In this document: one piece after another, positions 29,835 to 41,159 of the stretch
How the letters are laid out: each line of letters begins with the position of its first letter
Numbering within the stretch: the stretch's first letter is position 1
Source: an uncultured Planctomycetota bacterium
Lineage (GTDB): Bacteria > Planctomycetota > Planctomycetia > Isosphaerales > Isosphaeraceae
Direction: 5' to 3'
Assembly (NCBI GenBank): GCA_963845755.1
Contig: CAWJTV010000034.1
Span: 512,001 to 576,000, forward strand
Length of the DNA stretch: 64,000 bases
Translations under genes and position numbers: made by a program
Notes under the pieces: generated by a model
Databases searched by the model: none
The model's input: only the letters and a program-made list of their open reading frames with translations
Told to the model about the DNA's origin: nothing

Positions 29835-31010
29835 ATGTCCAACATGCAGAGGCGTGAATTCCTGGCGGGTGCGGGGCTCACGGCCGCGGCGGCCGCGGCG
29901 CTGGCGAGCCCGAGGGCTGCCGAGGCCGGCGATCCGAGCTTCATGAACAACGTCCCGGACCCGCTTCTCGCGGGCGAAGAGCTGCCGACGTTCAAGTACG
30001 AGCTGGAGAAGTCGGCGGGGAAGGTCATGGACGGCAGCGAAGCCAGAGAGGCCACGGTCAAGCAGCTTCCGATCTCCAAGGGGATCGCCGGGGTTTCGAT
30101 GACGCTGGCCCCGGGCGCCATGCGCGAGCTCCACTGGCACGCCACCGCAGCCGAGTGGGCGTTCGTGGACAAGGGGCGAGTCCGGACGACCGTCCTCGCC
30201 CCGGGGGGTTACACCGAGACGAATGACTTTGAGCCGGGGGACGTCTGGTACTTCCCGCGCGGCCACGGCCACATGCTCGAGTGCGTCGGCCAGGAGGCGT
30301 GCCACTTCGTCCTGATCTTCGACAACGGCTACTTCTCCGAGTTCGGCACCTTCAGCATCACCGACTGGATGGCCCACACCCCCAAGGCGCTCCTGGCGAA
30401 GAACTTCGGCGTCCCCGAATCGACCTTCGATGGGTACCCGAAGAAGGAGGTGTATTTCGCCCGGGGTGAGGTGCCGCCCAAGAAGGCGGCTGACCCGCTC
30501 GCGGGACCGAAAAAGCCGCCGATGACGCACAAGTGGCAACTCCTCGCCAGCGACCCGCTCGTCGACAACACGGGAGGCCGGCTGTGGCTGGTCGATTCCA
30601 CCAAGTTTCCCATCTCCAAGACCATCACAGGCGCGGTCCTCGAACTCGAGCCCGGGGCGCTGCGGGAGTTGCACTGGCACCCCACCGCCGACGAGTGGCA
30701 GTACGTCCTCGAGGGTAAGGTCAGCATGACGCTGTTCGGCTCGGGCGGGCGCTACCGGACGGAGACGTTCGAGAAGGGTGACGTCGGTTACTCCCCCCAA
30801 GGGTACGGGCACTCGATCGAGAACGTCGGCGACGGGAAGTGCCGCGTCCTCATCGGGTTCAACTCCGGGGTCTACGAGGAGATCGACCTGTCGGAATGGA
30901 TCGCCGGCAATCCGCCCGACGTGCTCGCCACCAACTTCGGTAAGCCGGCTTCGCATTTCGAGCAGTTTCCCCGCCGCGACGTGTTCATCACGTCCAAGGG
31001 CGGGACTTGA
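29835..31010 (+). CDS. Oxalate decarboxylase family bicupin with Tat signal
   Basis: QRREFL; two RELHWH...EW cupin motifs; GGAG RBS. Confidence 0.88.
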   Translation: MSNMQRREFLAGAGLTAAAAAALASPRAAEAGDPSFMNNVPDPLLAGEELPTFKYELEKSAGKVMDGSEAREATVKQLPISKGIAGVSMTLAPGAMRELHWHATAAEWAFVDKGRVRTTVLAPGGYTETNDFEPGDVWYFPRGHGHMLECVGQEACHFVLIFDNGYFSEFGTFSITDWMAHTPKALLAKNFGVPESTFDGYPKKEVYFARGEVPPKKAADPLAGPKKPPMTHKWQLLASDPLVDNTGGRLWLVDSTKFPISKTITGAVLELEPGALRELHWHPTADEWQYVLEGKVSMTLFGSGGRYRTETFEKGDVGYSPQGYGHSIENVGDGKCRVLIGFNSGVYEEIDLSEWIAGNPPDVLATNFGKPASHFEQFPRRDVFITSKGGT

Positions 31011-31255
31011 AGACCTTGGCCTGGTCTCCCGGGACCGCCGTCAAGAGGGCATGATCGGTGGGATCTGGCGACCTTGCTCACCGGCTCCGCCATGGGCACG
31101 AGGGAGGAGATCGCATGACCCTCGCGATCGGCTCGGCCGCTCCACCCCGGTCGGTCATCACCTGGAAATCGCGGCGGAGGCGGCTCCAGCAGACCTGGTG
31201 GTGGGGCCGGGGTTCCGATCGCAATCCGGGGATGGAGAAGCCGAGCCGTCGCGGA

Positions 31256-32517
31256 TCAGAAGTAGACCTGGAACCGCAACCAATACAGATCGTTCGACTT
31301 CTGGAAGCCACCTGCGTTGTAGAAGACGGGGCTGCCGAACATGGCGTGCTCCCAGTCGAGGTAGACCTTGACGAACTTGTTGAGATACCAGTTGAAGCCG
31401 ACGTCGACCATCTGGGCGCGGTTGGTCCAGAGGTTCGGGTCGGCCAGCCCGCCGGTGAAGACCGACCGGCCCAGCGTCAGCTCGCTGTATCGGGCCGTCA
31501 TCTCAAGGGCCCCCAGGCCGAAGTGCCCCGGACGCAGGTCGAAGGGGCGCAGGGGATCGATCAGCGTCCGGTCGCGGATCGTCTCGCCGGTCAGGATGTA
31601 CCCGGCCTGGACGAAATAGCCGCTCGTCGGCACACGGACCGGCGGCGGCCCGGAGCTGCCCTGGGCGTAATCCTGGAACCCGCTGTCCCAGGCCCCCAGC
31701 AGGGAGAGGCCCTGATAGTAGTAGGCCATGTGCAGCTCCCAGAGGGCGCGATACCCGCCGCTCCATCACGCCGTTGTTGAAGGCCAGGAAGGGGACCTGC
31801 GCGGATCCCGGGCTCAGTGTCGAGGTGGCTGCCGGTGGCGCCGAGGTCGTCAAGACGGCCGGCGAGAGGGGATTGTTCTCGATCCCCGCGTCGACTGAGC
31901 CGCCGATCTGCAGGTTCTGCAGGAAGGAATCCGTCCACGGATCGAACGGCTTGAAGTTGAGGAAGGCCATGACATCCTGGTGGCTGCTGAAGTTCAAGTA
32001 CGAGTTCCGCTGCCCGTCGAAGGATCCGACGGCGTACTCCAGCCGTTTCTCGAACAGGCTCCCCCACCCCATGAAGCCGAAGCGGCGGTTGCCCTCGAAG
32101 TTGGTGGCGAACAGCGACCGCTCGGGGGCGAGCAGGTGCCAGACGTGGACTCGGTACCATTCATAGGTGAAGGGGGTCTTGTAGCGGCCGAGCCGGAGCT
32201 GGAACCCGTCGCTAAATCGGTAGTTGAGGTAGCTATCCAGCAGGTTGAGAGTGGCGTAGGTCTGCTGGAACGAGAACTCGTAGGAGATGGGCCGGATCAG
32301 GTTGCCTTCGAAGTAGAAGCGGGTCCGCGGGTTGAAGATGCCGCTGCTGGCGAATTCCTGGTTGGAGTTGGCATAGATCCGCGCGTCGAGCTGCTGGAGC
32401 GCGCGGACGCCGAAGGTGATCTCGTTGTCCTCGGTACCCCAGCGGAACCCGTCGTTGGCGAAGTCGTACGTTCCGCCCAGCAAGGGGATCCTGCCGCGCT
32501 GGCGATTGCCCACAAGC
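31256..32517 (-). pseudogene. OprO/OprP-like porin, 5' end removed at the IS630 junction (also frameshift ~31755)
   Basis: GRYKTPF, ERSL, GFNWYLN, C-terminal RFQVYF; no signal peptide before the IS end. Confidence 0.75.
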
Positions 32518-32519
32518 TA

Positions 32520-33745
32520 GTGCTTTGTCACAGCTAAAAATTGGGGTTGGGGAAACCTCCGCGACCGTGGATGATACGGGGAACAAGGAGGCCCCCATGA
32601 ACAAGAAGTACATTGTCCGGCTTACGGCTGAGGAACGGGACGAGTTGGCGGCCGTGATCAAGAAGTTGAAGGGAACCAGCGAGAAGGTTCGAACGCGCCC
32701 AGATCCTGTTCAAGGCCGATGCGGACGGTCCGAACTGGACCGATCGTCGCATCGCCGAGGCGTTCGGATGCCGAACGCAGACCGTCGAGAACATTCGTCA
32801 GCGTCTCGTGGAGTACGGCTTTCGAGAGGCATTGGACCGCAGCAGGCACAGATGCCGCCGGTCGAGAAGCGACTCAACGGCGAACAGGAGGCGAAGATCA
32901 TCGCCACACGGCTCGGGTCACCGCCCCCGGGTTATGCCAACTGGACGCTGCGGCTCTTAGCTCGAAAGGTGGTGGAACTGGGGATCGTCGAAACCGTCAG
33001 TTACGAGACGGTGCGGCGGACTCTGAAAAAAAAACGGGATGACCAACCGCAAGATCGAGTACTGGGTCATCCCGCCCGAGGCTGACGGTGAGTTCGTGGC
33101 CCACATGGAAGAGGTGCTGGAGACCTACGCCAAGCCTTACGACTCGATGCGGCCGATCCTGTCCATGGACGAACAGCCGGTGCAATTGCTGAAGGAGTCC
33201 CGCGTGCCGATCCCTGCCACGCGCCGACACGCCAAGCGCGTCAACTACGAATACGAGCGTGCCGGGACGGCGAACATCTTTATGTTCACCGAGCCGCTGG
33301 CGGGCTGGCGCGAGGTGGCCGTCCGGGATACCAAGACCGAAGGTTGACTGGGCGATCGAGATGGCCGCGCTGTTGGAGGGCCGTTATGCCAGTGCCGAGC
33401 GAGTGATCGTGGTATGCGACAACTTGAACACGCACACCAAGGGTGCCTTCTACGAAGTCTTTGCACCGCCCCGTGCTCGCCAGTTGGTCCGCCGCATCGA
33501 GTTCTGCTACACCCCCAAGCACGGCAGTTGGCTGAACATCGCCGAGAACGAGCTCAGCTCGTTGACGCGGCAGTGTATAGCCGGCCGCCGCTTCGGTGAT
33601 GCCCAGGCGCTGCGCGAGTGGAGACCACCGCTTGGTCAACCGACGTCAACAGCACCCAGCGCGGAGTGGATTGGCAGATGAAGATCGACGATGCCCGCTC
33701 CAAATTGAAGTCGATCTACCCCAAAATTAAGCTGTGACAGAGCAC
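32520..33745 (+). mobile_element. IS630-family insertion sequence
   Basis: TIR GTGCT(T/C)TGTCACAGCT; TA duplication at 32518-19 and 33746-47. Confidence 0.9.
32597..33737 (+). CDS. IS630-family transposase (A-run at ~33026-33034 plus extra frameshifts)
   Basis: WTLRLLA, MDE, CDNLNTH, TPKHGSWLNIAENE. Confidence 0.85.
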
Positions 33746-33773
33746 TAGTGCCATTCGTCGGATCGACCGAAGC
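33746..33773. repeat. Isolated right 'arm' (TA GTGCCATTCGT-N7-ACCGAAGC)
   Basis: Near-identical to 19656-19683. Confidence 0.9.
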
Positions 33774-34844
33774 AGGGTTTCCGAGAGGTGATGTTGGACG
33801 GCGACTGTCGGTCTGATCGGCGTTACCTCGAAACCCGTGCATCATTGGCGGTGGCCCTGTCTACTACGCCCCGACTCACCGAGCTCGAACGCCTGGCCGG
33901 CCCGTCCGCGCCATGCTCGTCGCGCCACATCATTTGACCAATTTCACTTCGCCGCTTTTCACCGCGTGCCGAGCTGGATGCCGGTATGCGCTGCTTTTTC
34001 GAATCTGCCCCAGATCTTCAAATGGCTCTGCCTTCCTGATCGAATGTCACTCTGATTACGCGATCGGTATCAGAGTTCGACTACGCGGAAATCGGGGCGC
34101 GAATACTCGAATGATTTTGTCCGAGATCAACCCGATTTGGCGATGTTTAGAATAGCCGGAACACCGATCCGCGCCGGGACAATCACCACCGAGGACTTGA
34201 CTGCCTCGATGGATTTACGGTGACCTCGCGCACAGCTTGATTCTTGATATGTCGTTCCGAGATTACGAACGTGATCAGAGGTTCCGTTCGTTGACGGGCG
34301 AGCTGGCAAGTTCCGGACGGGTGTCAGGATCTAACCAGGTACGTCAGTGCGCTGGACGGTGGACCTGACGACAACGTCCCCCCCTTCAGCGACCGACCCA
34401 ACCCCAGGCCAGGCCCAAAGTTGGGGCGGACCCTACTAAATCAGGAGGGCTAATGCATGTCCGCGTGTGGTCGAGGGGCTGACGCCTCGGCTACGTTCTG
34501 ACGTCTTGTTCGGGGCCTGAGGATGACTTCCCGCATAGCCTCCGAGAGCCGAAGGGCTTCTTGGGCCCGAACCTCCAACTCGAACGGCTCGGCATCGGAT
34601 CTCACCGAGACGCAGACGAAGTTAGGACCAAACCGGCCGGCGAGAACAGACGGCGGCAGGTTGCGATTCATCAACCACCCACTCGACTTACTTAGACTTC
34701 GGTTTTTTCCTCGGCGTTCTGATTAACTCTGGAGCAGCTGCACTCTGGCTCGGCAACTACGAATTTTGGCGTCTTGGACCTTCGGAATTCGAATGGCACA
34801 ACGACCAGAGTGTCTGCAGAGGATTGAGTTGGACGGGAGGGTCA

Positions 34845-35141
34845 ATGATGAGAGGACAGCAGTTCGATCCCCTGGCGTTACGGGTGCGAGAGGTCCGGCG
34901 GAAGTTGTACGGCGAACGGGGGGCACCCCTGCTGGCGGAGGACCTGGAACTGCCCGCTCGTACCTGGCTGAATTACGAGTCGGGCGTCGTCATCCCCGCC
35001 ACAGTGATTCTCCGCTTCATCGACCTTACGGGAGTGGAGCCTCGCTGGCTTCTCACTGGCCAGGGGGACGCTATGCAACAGCTTCCCGCGTTGAGGATTG
35101 GGCGTCCCGCAGGGCCTCCACCTCAGGTAGCCGGAGCATGA
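34845..35141 (+). CDS. Small XRE-like HTH protein
   Basis: [18 protein letters not shown]...WLLTGQG. Confidence 0.65.
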   Translation: MMRGQQFDPLALRVREVRRKLYGERGAPLLAEDLELPARTWLNYESGVVIPATVILRFIDLTGVEPRWLLTGQGDAMQQLPALRIGRPAGPPPQVAGA

Positions 35142-35331
35142 ACTCCTCGGCTTCGTTGATGAGGAACCAACTCCCGCACTCCATGCAGGTGCCGAGCAGG
35201 TGGTCGGGCGACCGCTCGTCGGGTTGATGGATCAAGAGGAGGCCATCGCAGATCGGGCATTCGCTACCCGAGTGATCCAGGAGACCAGATGTCAGCCGGA
35301 TCAGGTCCAAACTGAATAGAATCGAGGTCAT
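35071..35331 (-). CDS. Small Zn-ribbon-like protein
   Basis: CPIC...CMEC. Confidence 0.5.
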   Translation of the reverse strand: MTSILFSLDLIRLTSGLLDHSGSECPICDGLLLIHQPDERSPDHLLGTCMECGSWFLINEAEEFMLRLPEVEALRDAQSSTREAVA

Positions 35332-35893
35332 CGGCGAGCCCCATATGGATTAAGCTGGCAGCCTAGCCAACCAAAGGCTTCGGACGAGATATAATTTAGG
35401 CCAGGCAACGTCGAAATGTCACGCTATTTTCTGTCGGATTTGCAAGAATCAGTCGTGCTCCTCATCGTGCATGCCATAAGTCATGTGGCGACTGCCAGTT
35501 AAACAAAGTGCGCCGCTCCGGATTTCGTCCAAGATTAGACTGGACCAATCGGCCGGCCTGATTGGGATCGAGGCTGACTCCACTGCCTCGAAGAAATGGG
35601 CGGGTTAGGCGAGAAGTCCCGAGGCGCGGTACAAATAGCCAGGATCAGGTTCCCGTGTCGGTCGGCGTCGACGATCCGGACCGCTCGAGTCCGATTCGGC
35701 GCCGGGCGCGGCTCCTGATCAAACCGACCGCAAGACGGAAGGTCTGCTCCTCTCTTCGCACACGAAATCCCGCACATCCGCCATGGGATTCACCGGTAAA
35801 TCCCGCGCAGACCTTCGACCCCTTTTTGGTTTGAGTCCAGGGAAGTCCTATAATTTCTATCGAGATAGTACGCGAGGAACCCCTCGGCCTAAC

Positions 35894-36220
35894 ATGATGC
35901 CAGAGGCTGATAGCATGCGTGTCCCCAAACAAGAACTTCCCGATGTGGAATCGATCCGGGAGCGGGCTGGTTGGAATCTGCCAGCCCATTATCGGCTGAT
36001 CGATGTTCGATGCGAGTACGGCTCGATGGCTTTGCCGGGCGTTCCGGATGACTTCCAGATCGTGATCGAGTACGAGAATCTTCTCGAAAAGCCATACCAA
36101 GGCGGCAAGGAGATCGAGTATCACCAGGCCTGGGCGGAACCGCTGGTCTCCAGGATCCGGGAGGAGTGGCCCGCCTCGACATTGCGCATCCTATTGCACG
36201 AGACCGTGGACAGCGCGTGA
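35894..36220 (+). CDS. Hypothetical protein
   Basis: Protein-like ORF with plausible codon usage; no recognised motif. Confidence 0.45.
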   Translation: MMPEADSMRVPKQELPDVESIRERAGWNLPAHYRLIDVRCEYGSMALPGVPDDFQIVIEYENLLEKPYQGGKEIEYHQAWAEPLVSRIREEWPASTLRILLHETVDSA

Positions 36221-36252
36221 TCTGACGTAGGTCAACAACAATCAAGGCATTG

Positions 36253-37551
36253 TCAGCCCGGATTGAGGATGGACCGCTCCAGACTGGCGAAGTCGTGGGT
36301 GCGTGTGCCCTGACGAAGCGCACCGTCGAGTGCATCGCGAAGCGATTCGCCCAGTCCGCGCTGCCGGATCGCTGCGAGTCGGTCGCGGCATCGGAAATAC
36401 GCGTCAATCACGACGGGGTCCCACTGGGTCCCGGCTCCCTGGCGAAGGATCTCATCGATGCGTTCCGGCGGCATCGCAATGCGATAGGGGCGTGAGGTGT
36501 TCATGGCGTCGAAGCTGTCGGCTACCGCAAGGATGCGTGGGAGCATTGGTATGGCCTCTCCCTTCAGTCCTTCGGGATAGCCGCTACCGTCGTAGCGTTC
36601 GTGGTGATACAGGACTCCGGGCAGCAGATGGGCGATCGCGTGGAGATCCGTCAGGATGCCGTGCCCGATCACCACATGTTGTTGTATGTGTTTGAGCTCG
36701 TCGGAGGTCAGGGGCCCGGACTTGGTGAGGACGTCGTCGCGGATGCCGATCTTCCCGATGTCGTGCAGGAGGCCGGCCAGATAGACGTCGCTCAATTCAT
36801 CCTCGGGCAATCCGAGCGCGCAGCCCAGCTCGACGGCTGTGCGGGCCACGCGCTCGCTATGGCCGTAGGTGTAGGCATCCTTGGCATCGATCGCCGCGGT
36901 CAGCGAGCGGGTCAGGCCGACCAGAAGTTCCTTGATGTGATGGTAGCGGTGATAGGATTGAGCATGGAAGCCCAGGAGCGAGGCAAATGGCATGAGCAGT
37001 GCGGCGTCCCTGCGACGGAATGGGACGATCTGCGGGGTTGTCGATGCGGGCTCGCCGGGCCCCGGGGTCGAACCTCTGCGCGCGGCGGGGTTACCCGGGC
37101 TGCGGCCGGCGACCACCCGATTGTTGAAGGCCAGGATCCATCCTGGCCGCTTCCTGGCCGCGACCGGCACCGCCAGCAGATTCACGTATACGCGAGAACC
37201 GAACCCCCCAGCTCGTTTCTCGAACGTTGTTGATGATGCACATAACCCGATTCCGCGAACAGGCTCGGATCGTTCAGGATGGTGGCGATCTGAGTGCAGT
37301 CCCAGGACGTCAGGAGCGGTTCGCCCTGGAAGACGACTTCCTCATCCTGCTGGGGCGGGATTCCGACGAATGACTGCGCATTCGACCAGCTCGCTGGCGG
37401 CCTGGAGGATGCGCCTTCGCTCCCGGACGGGTTCCTTGTGGATGCTCGTGACACGGTGCAGTCGCTCGAGGCTCATGATCGCCTCCCAGGCGAGCATCGA
37501 CTGGCGGTTCGCCTCGGCGTTCGACGAGTTCCTGATGACGGTGGAATTCAT
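36253..37551 (-). CDS. HD-GYP domain phosphodiesterase (frameshifts in 5' part)
   Basis: HSERV, LLHDIGK, HHERYDGSGYP, ADSFDAM. Confidence 0.88.
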
Positions 37552-37599
37552 GGGTTTCGCGACTCCGCGACGTGATCGGTTGGTTCCACATGACGCTGA

Positions 37600-40500
37600 C
37601 TAAGGCCGCTCGGACGACGAGACGACCCCCTGATCCTGGCTTCGTCCGACCAGGTTCAGGAACCGAGGCTGCCGGCGGATCGCGACGAGGTCGGGGTCCT
37701 GCGCGGCCCGCGAGAGGTCGGCACCTTCGGCCAGGGCCCGATCGAGGAGATCCAGCGACTGGTCCGCGGTCGCGATGGTGCCGAAGACGGCGTAGGCCCT
37801 GGCAGCGACGCAGGCGGCCGCATAGAGCGTAGCCGGGGACCGAGGCTCGCGTTGGAGGCAATGGTTGATCTCGAGGGACGCCGCTTTCCAGTCGCCCTTG
37901 CGAGCCAGCAGGATCGCGCGGTAGCGTCGGGCTTCATTGCGGTTGGGGTCGGCCTCGATGGCGCGGTCGAAGTCCCGGAGGGCGCCCGCATTCTCGTCCC
38001 GGCCCATCGCGATCATGGCGCGTCCATAGAGGGCCTGGGCGTTGCGGGGATCGAAACGCAGGGCATCGTCGAAGGCCGCTCGCGCCCTGACGGCGTCTCG
38101 CGTTGAGATGGCGAAACCGTAAGCCCAGGCCAGCCGCGCACAGGTCGGGGCGGAAGGTGGTCGCCCTCCGCACGCGCGAACCCTCGGGCGAAGGCCGCAT
38201 CGGCCTCTTCATGGCGACCCAGGCCCTCAAGGGCGATGCCGCGGCCGATGGAGGTGATCGCGTCGTTCGCGCCCATGTCTCGCGCCCGATCGAAGTCCCC
38301 TAGCGCCGCGGCATGCTGTTTCAATTCCAGTCGGGCGAGGCCGCGGTTGACGTATGCGGGCACAAGGTCGGGATCCCGCTCGAGGGCGGCCGTGTAGTCC
38401 TGGACGGCCGCGATCTTGCTACCCACTCGGTCGAGCACGCAGCCGCGGTTGAAATAGCCCCAGGAGAATTCCGGCCAGATGCCCGTGCACTGGCCGAAGT
38501 CGCCCGCAGCCTCGATGAGCTCCCCACGCTCCAGGTGGCAGATTCCCCTCTGGACGAGCGACCAGTAATGGCGTGGGTTCAGCCGGAGGGCTTCGTCCAG
38601 CTCGGCAATGGCCGCCCGCAAGGTCTCCGCGCTGCCGCGCCGCACCATTGCAGCCGCGATCAGGTAGTGATCCCGCGCCGTGGTGGCGGGTGTCTCCTCG
38701 GCGCGCCGGCGGGCCAGGGAAGCCCTCTCCGTCTCGCCCCGCAGGGACAAGTAACGGACGCGGTCGAGCCAGAGCGCCCGCGACGGAAGCAGGCCGGGGA
38801 TCGATTCGGCCCGATCGAGGAGCCGCAGCGCCGCGATTGAGGATTCCTTGGTCCCGACGGCCTGACGGACGCGGGCGTCGGCCAGGAGCAGGAGCAGCTC
38901 GCGACGGTCTTCCGCCACGCGGAGTTGCTCCTTCGGTGCGAGCCGGAGCCAGGCGGGGTTCTGCTCCCAATCTGGATCATCGGGGGCGCCGAAAAGGGAG
39001 AGAGTCCGCTCGCAGGCGATGATCCCCGCGCTCAGGTGGTCCTGCATCTCCAGGCGCGTATTGACCAGGCAGAGTGCCTTCAGTACGCCCGCGTCATGAT
39101 CGTGGAGCAGGTCGCGCGCCTGTGCGTCGGCCAGTTGAGAACGGGCGGCCGCCAGTGCCGTGCCAACCGCCAGCAGGATCAGTATCGCCCCGACGGCCAC
39201 GCTGGCCGAGGAGGCCAGCCGCGGGTGCCGGCGCGCGAATTTCCGCAGGCGCTCCAGCCGGCTTAACTCGGGCGCGTACTTGAGGGGGCGATCCTCCAGG
39301 AAGCGGCGCAGGTCGTCGGCCAGATGGTCGGCTTCCTGGTATCGCCGTGACGGCTCCGGGGCCAGGCACTTGCGTGCGATGCTTTCGAGACCCCAGGAAA
39401 GATCCGGCCGATCTCGACGGATCGAAGGGACCGTCTGGCTCCGCTCCGCGGCCATTGCCTTGATTTGCAAGGGGAGCGCGGAGTAGCTCCCGCTCTGGTC
39501 GAACGGTCGGTGGCCGGTGAGCATCTCGGCCAGGACCATTCCCAGTGAATAGATGTCCGATCGGCAATCCACCTGGCCGATCAGCTCCGGCGTTCGTCCA
39601 ACGAGGGCGCGGAGGTGTTCCGGGGCCATGTAGGCCACGGTCCCTCCGATCGTCGCATGCGCCGGGTCGTCGTCCTGGGTCTGAGCGAGGTTGAAGTCGA
39701 GGAGTAGCGGCTGACCCTCGGCACTCATGAGGATGTTGGACGGCTTGATATCGCGGTGGAGGATGCCACGCTGATGGGCATGGTGCAGTCCCTCGGCGAG
39801 CTGAGCCACGATCCAGGCCGCGGCGCGCTCATAACTCATCGTCCGCAGGAGGGACAGGGGAATCGCCGGGTCCTGTCGGCGGGTCGAGGGAAGAGCGTTC
39901 TGCCTTGCTTCCCGCTCGTCCCGCGGCGCTGCTTCCTCGGCCCTCGAGGTGGGTTTGGGCGCCTCGACTGACTCGAGCGCGCGCACGAACGCTTCACCGG
40001 TGACCACACGCCGGGAATCGGTCCAGAGCCTGGCCAGGACCGCGGAGAGGCTCGCCCCACCCAGGTAGGGCATGCAGACGGCCCGGAGGCCCGCGCGGAG
40101 ATCCTCGTGGAGGGAATAGATGGGGACGATATTGGTGTGGAGCAACTGGGCGAGGGTCTGCGGCTCGGTCCCCTCGATATCGCTGACCTTCAAGACGACC
40201 GGTTGACCCGCCAGATCGGCCTGATTCGCCAGGAATACCCGAGCGAAGGCGACTTCTCCGAGCGGACGGCACAGGCGGAATCCGAACACCTCGTCACCCA
40301 CGTCGGGCAGGCGGAGGGGGCATGACGTGCCGTCGTGCTCGCCGCCCATGGAGCGGAGCAGGGTCTCCTTCGCGAGCAGCTTCCCGAACGTCCTCGTCTG
40401 TTCCGGGAATCGTTCGTGATAATCCGAGAGGCTGGTCTCGTGGCCGCGGCGTCGCTTCTGGAAGTAGTCCTCCAGCAGCAGGCTGGCGGCGTCCGGGTCG

Positions 40501-40685
40501 TCGACCGGGTCATTGGGCCATCGGTCGAGGAGCTCCTCGGGCTGGGCCGGTCGGCCCTCGACCCAGCCCGAACGCAGCTCGTCGAGCAATTCCCGCTTGC
40601 GAGCCCTCAGCATCGAGAAGCTCCCCTTCGCGAGCCGTCGGGAATCGCGCGAATCTTCACTCTGATCGTCGAATCCGAGGTCCAT
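37600..40685 (-). CDS. Ser/Thr protein kinase with TPR repeats (frameshift ~38100-38150)
   Basis: HRDIKPSN, DFNLA, GGTVAYMAPE, DIYSLG; TPR repeats; start approximate. Confidence 0.88.
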
Positions 40686-40749
40686 AAGATACCGGCAAGC
40701 GAAGAGGTTAGAGTCGTCCTCCGTAGGATCCCTCCGCCTCCGCGCCTCT

Positions 40750-40832
40750 GGGGATTCCGAATTCCGGATTCGCGATTCCGGATTCCCGGATCCTTCCCCT
40801 TCGGGAATCCGGAATCGCGAATCGGGAATCCC
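40750..40832. repeat. Inverted heptamer (GATTCCG / CGGAATC) repeat hairpin
   Basis: Degenerate GATTCC(G) tandem followed by its reverse complement. Confidence 0.75.
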
Positions 40833-41159
40833 GATGGGGTTGCGGCCGAAGGCCGCGTTAGGCTTTCCAGCCTGAAGGAACGGGGAGTCAGGCTGGAAGG
40901 CCTCGACTACTGGACTCTGCAACGGGATCGGCGCGAGACGGAATCGGCGAAACCGCCGGCCGGCCACAAGTGCGACATTCGAGCGAAGCGAGGTTGAGGC
41001 ACGAGCGGTCCCTCCGATCGGATCGTCCTCCCCAACACCTTCTTCCTCCACTCTAGGCCGCGAACGGTCGCTCGCGTCCGGAAAGCGGCGGCAAAGATCG
41101 CCCCGGTGATCACCAACCGCGCCACCCAGGTCCCGGTCCCGATTGACTTCTGGTCCCGA

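Noticed and set aside
34315..34380. Long hairpin as ncRNA or riboswitch
   Set aside because: I could not match any family signature by eye; an Rfam/Infernal search would be needed.
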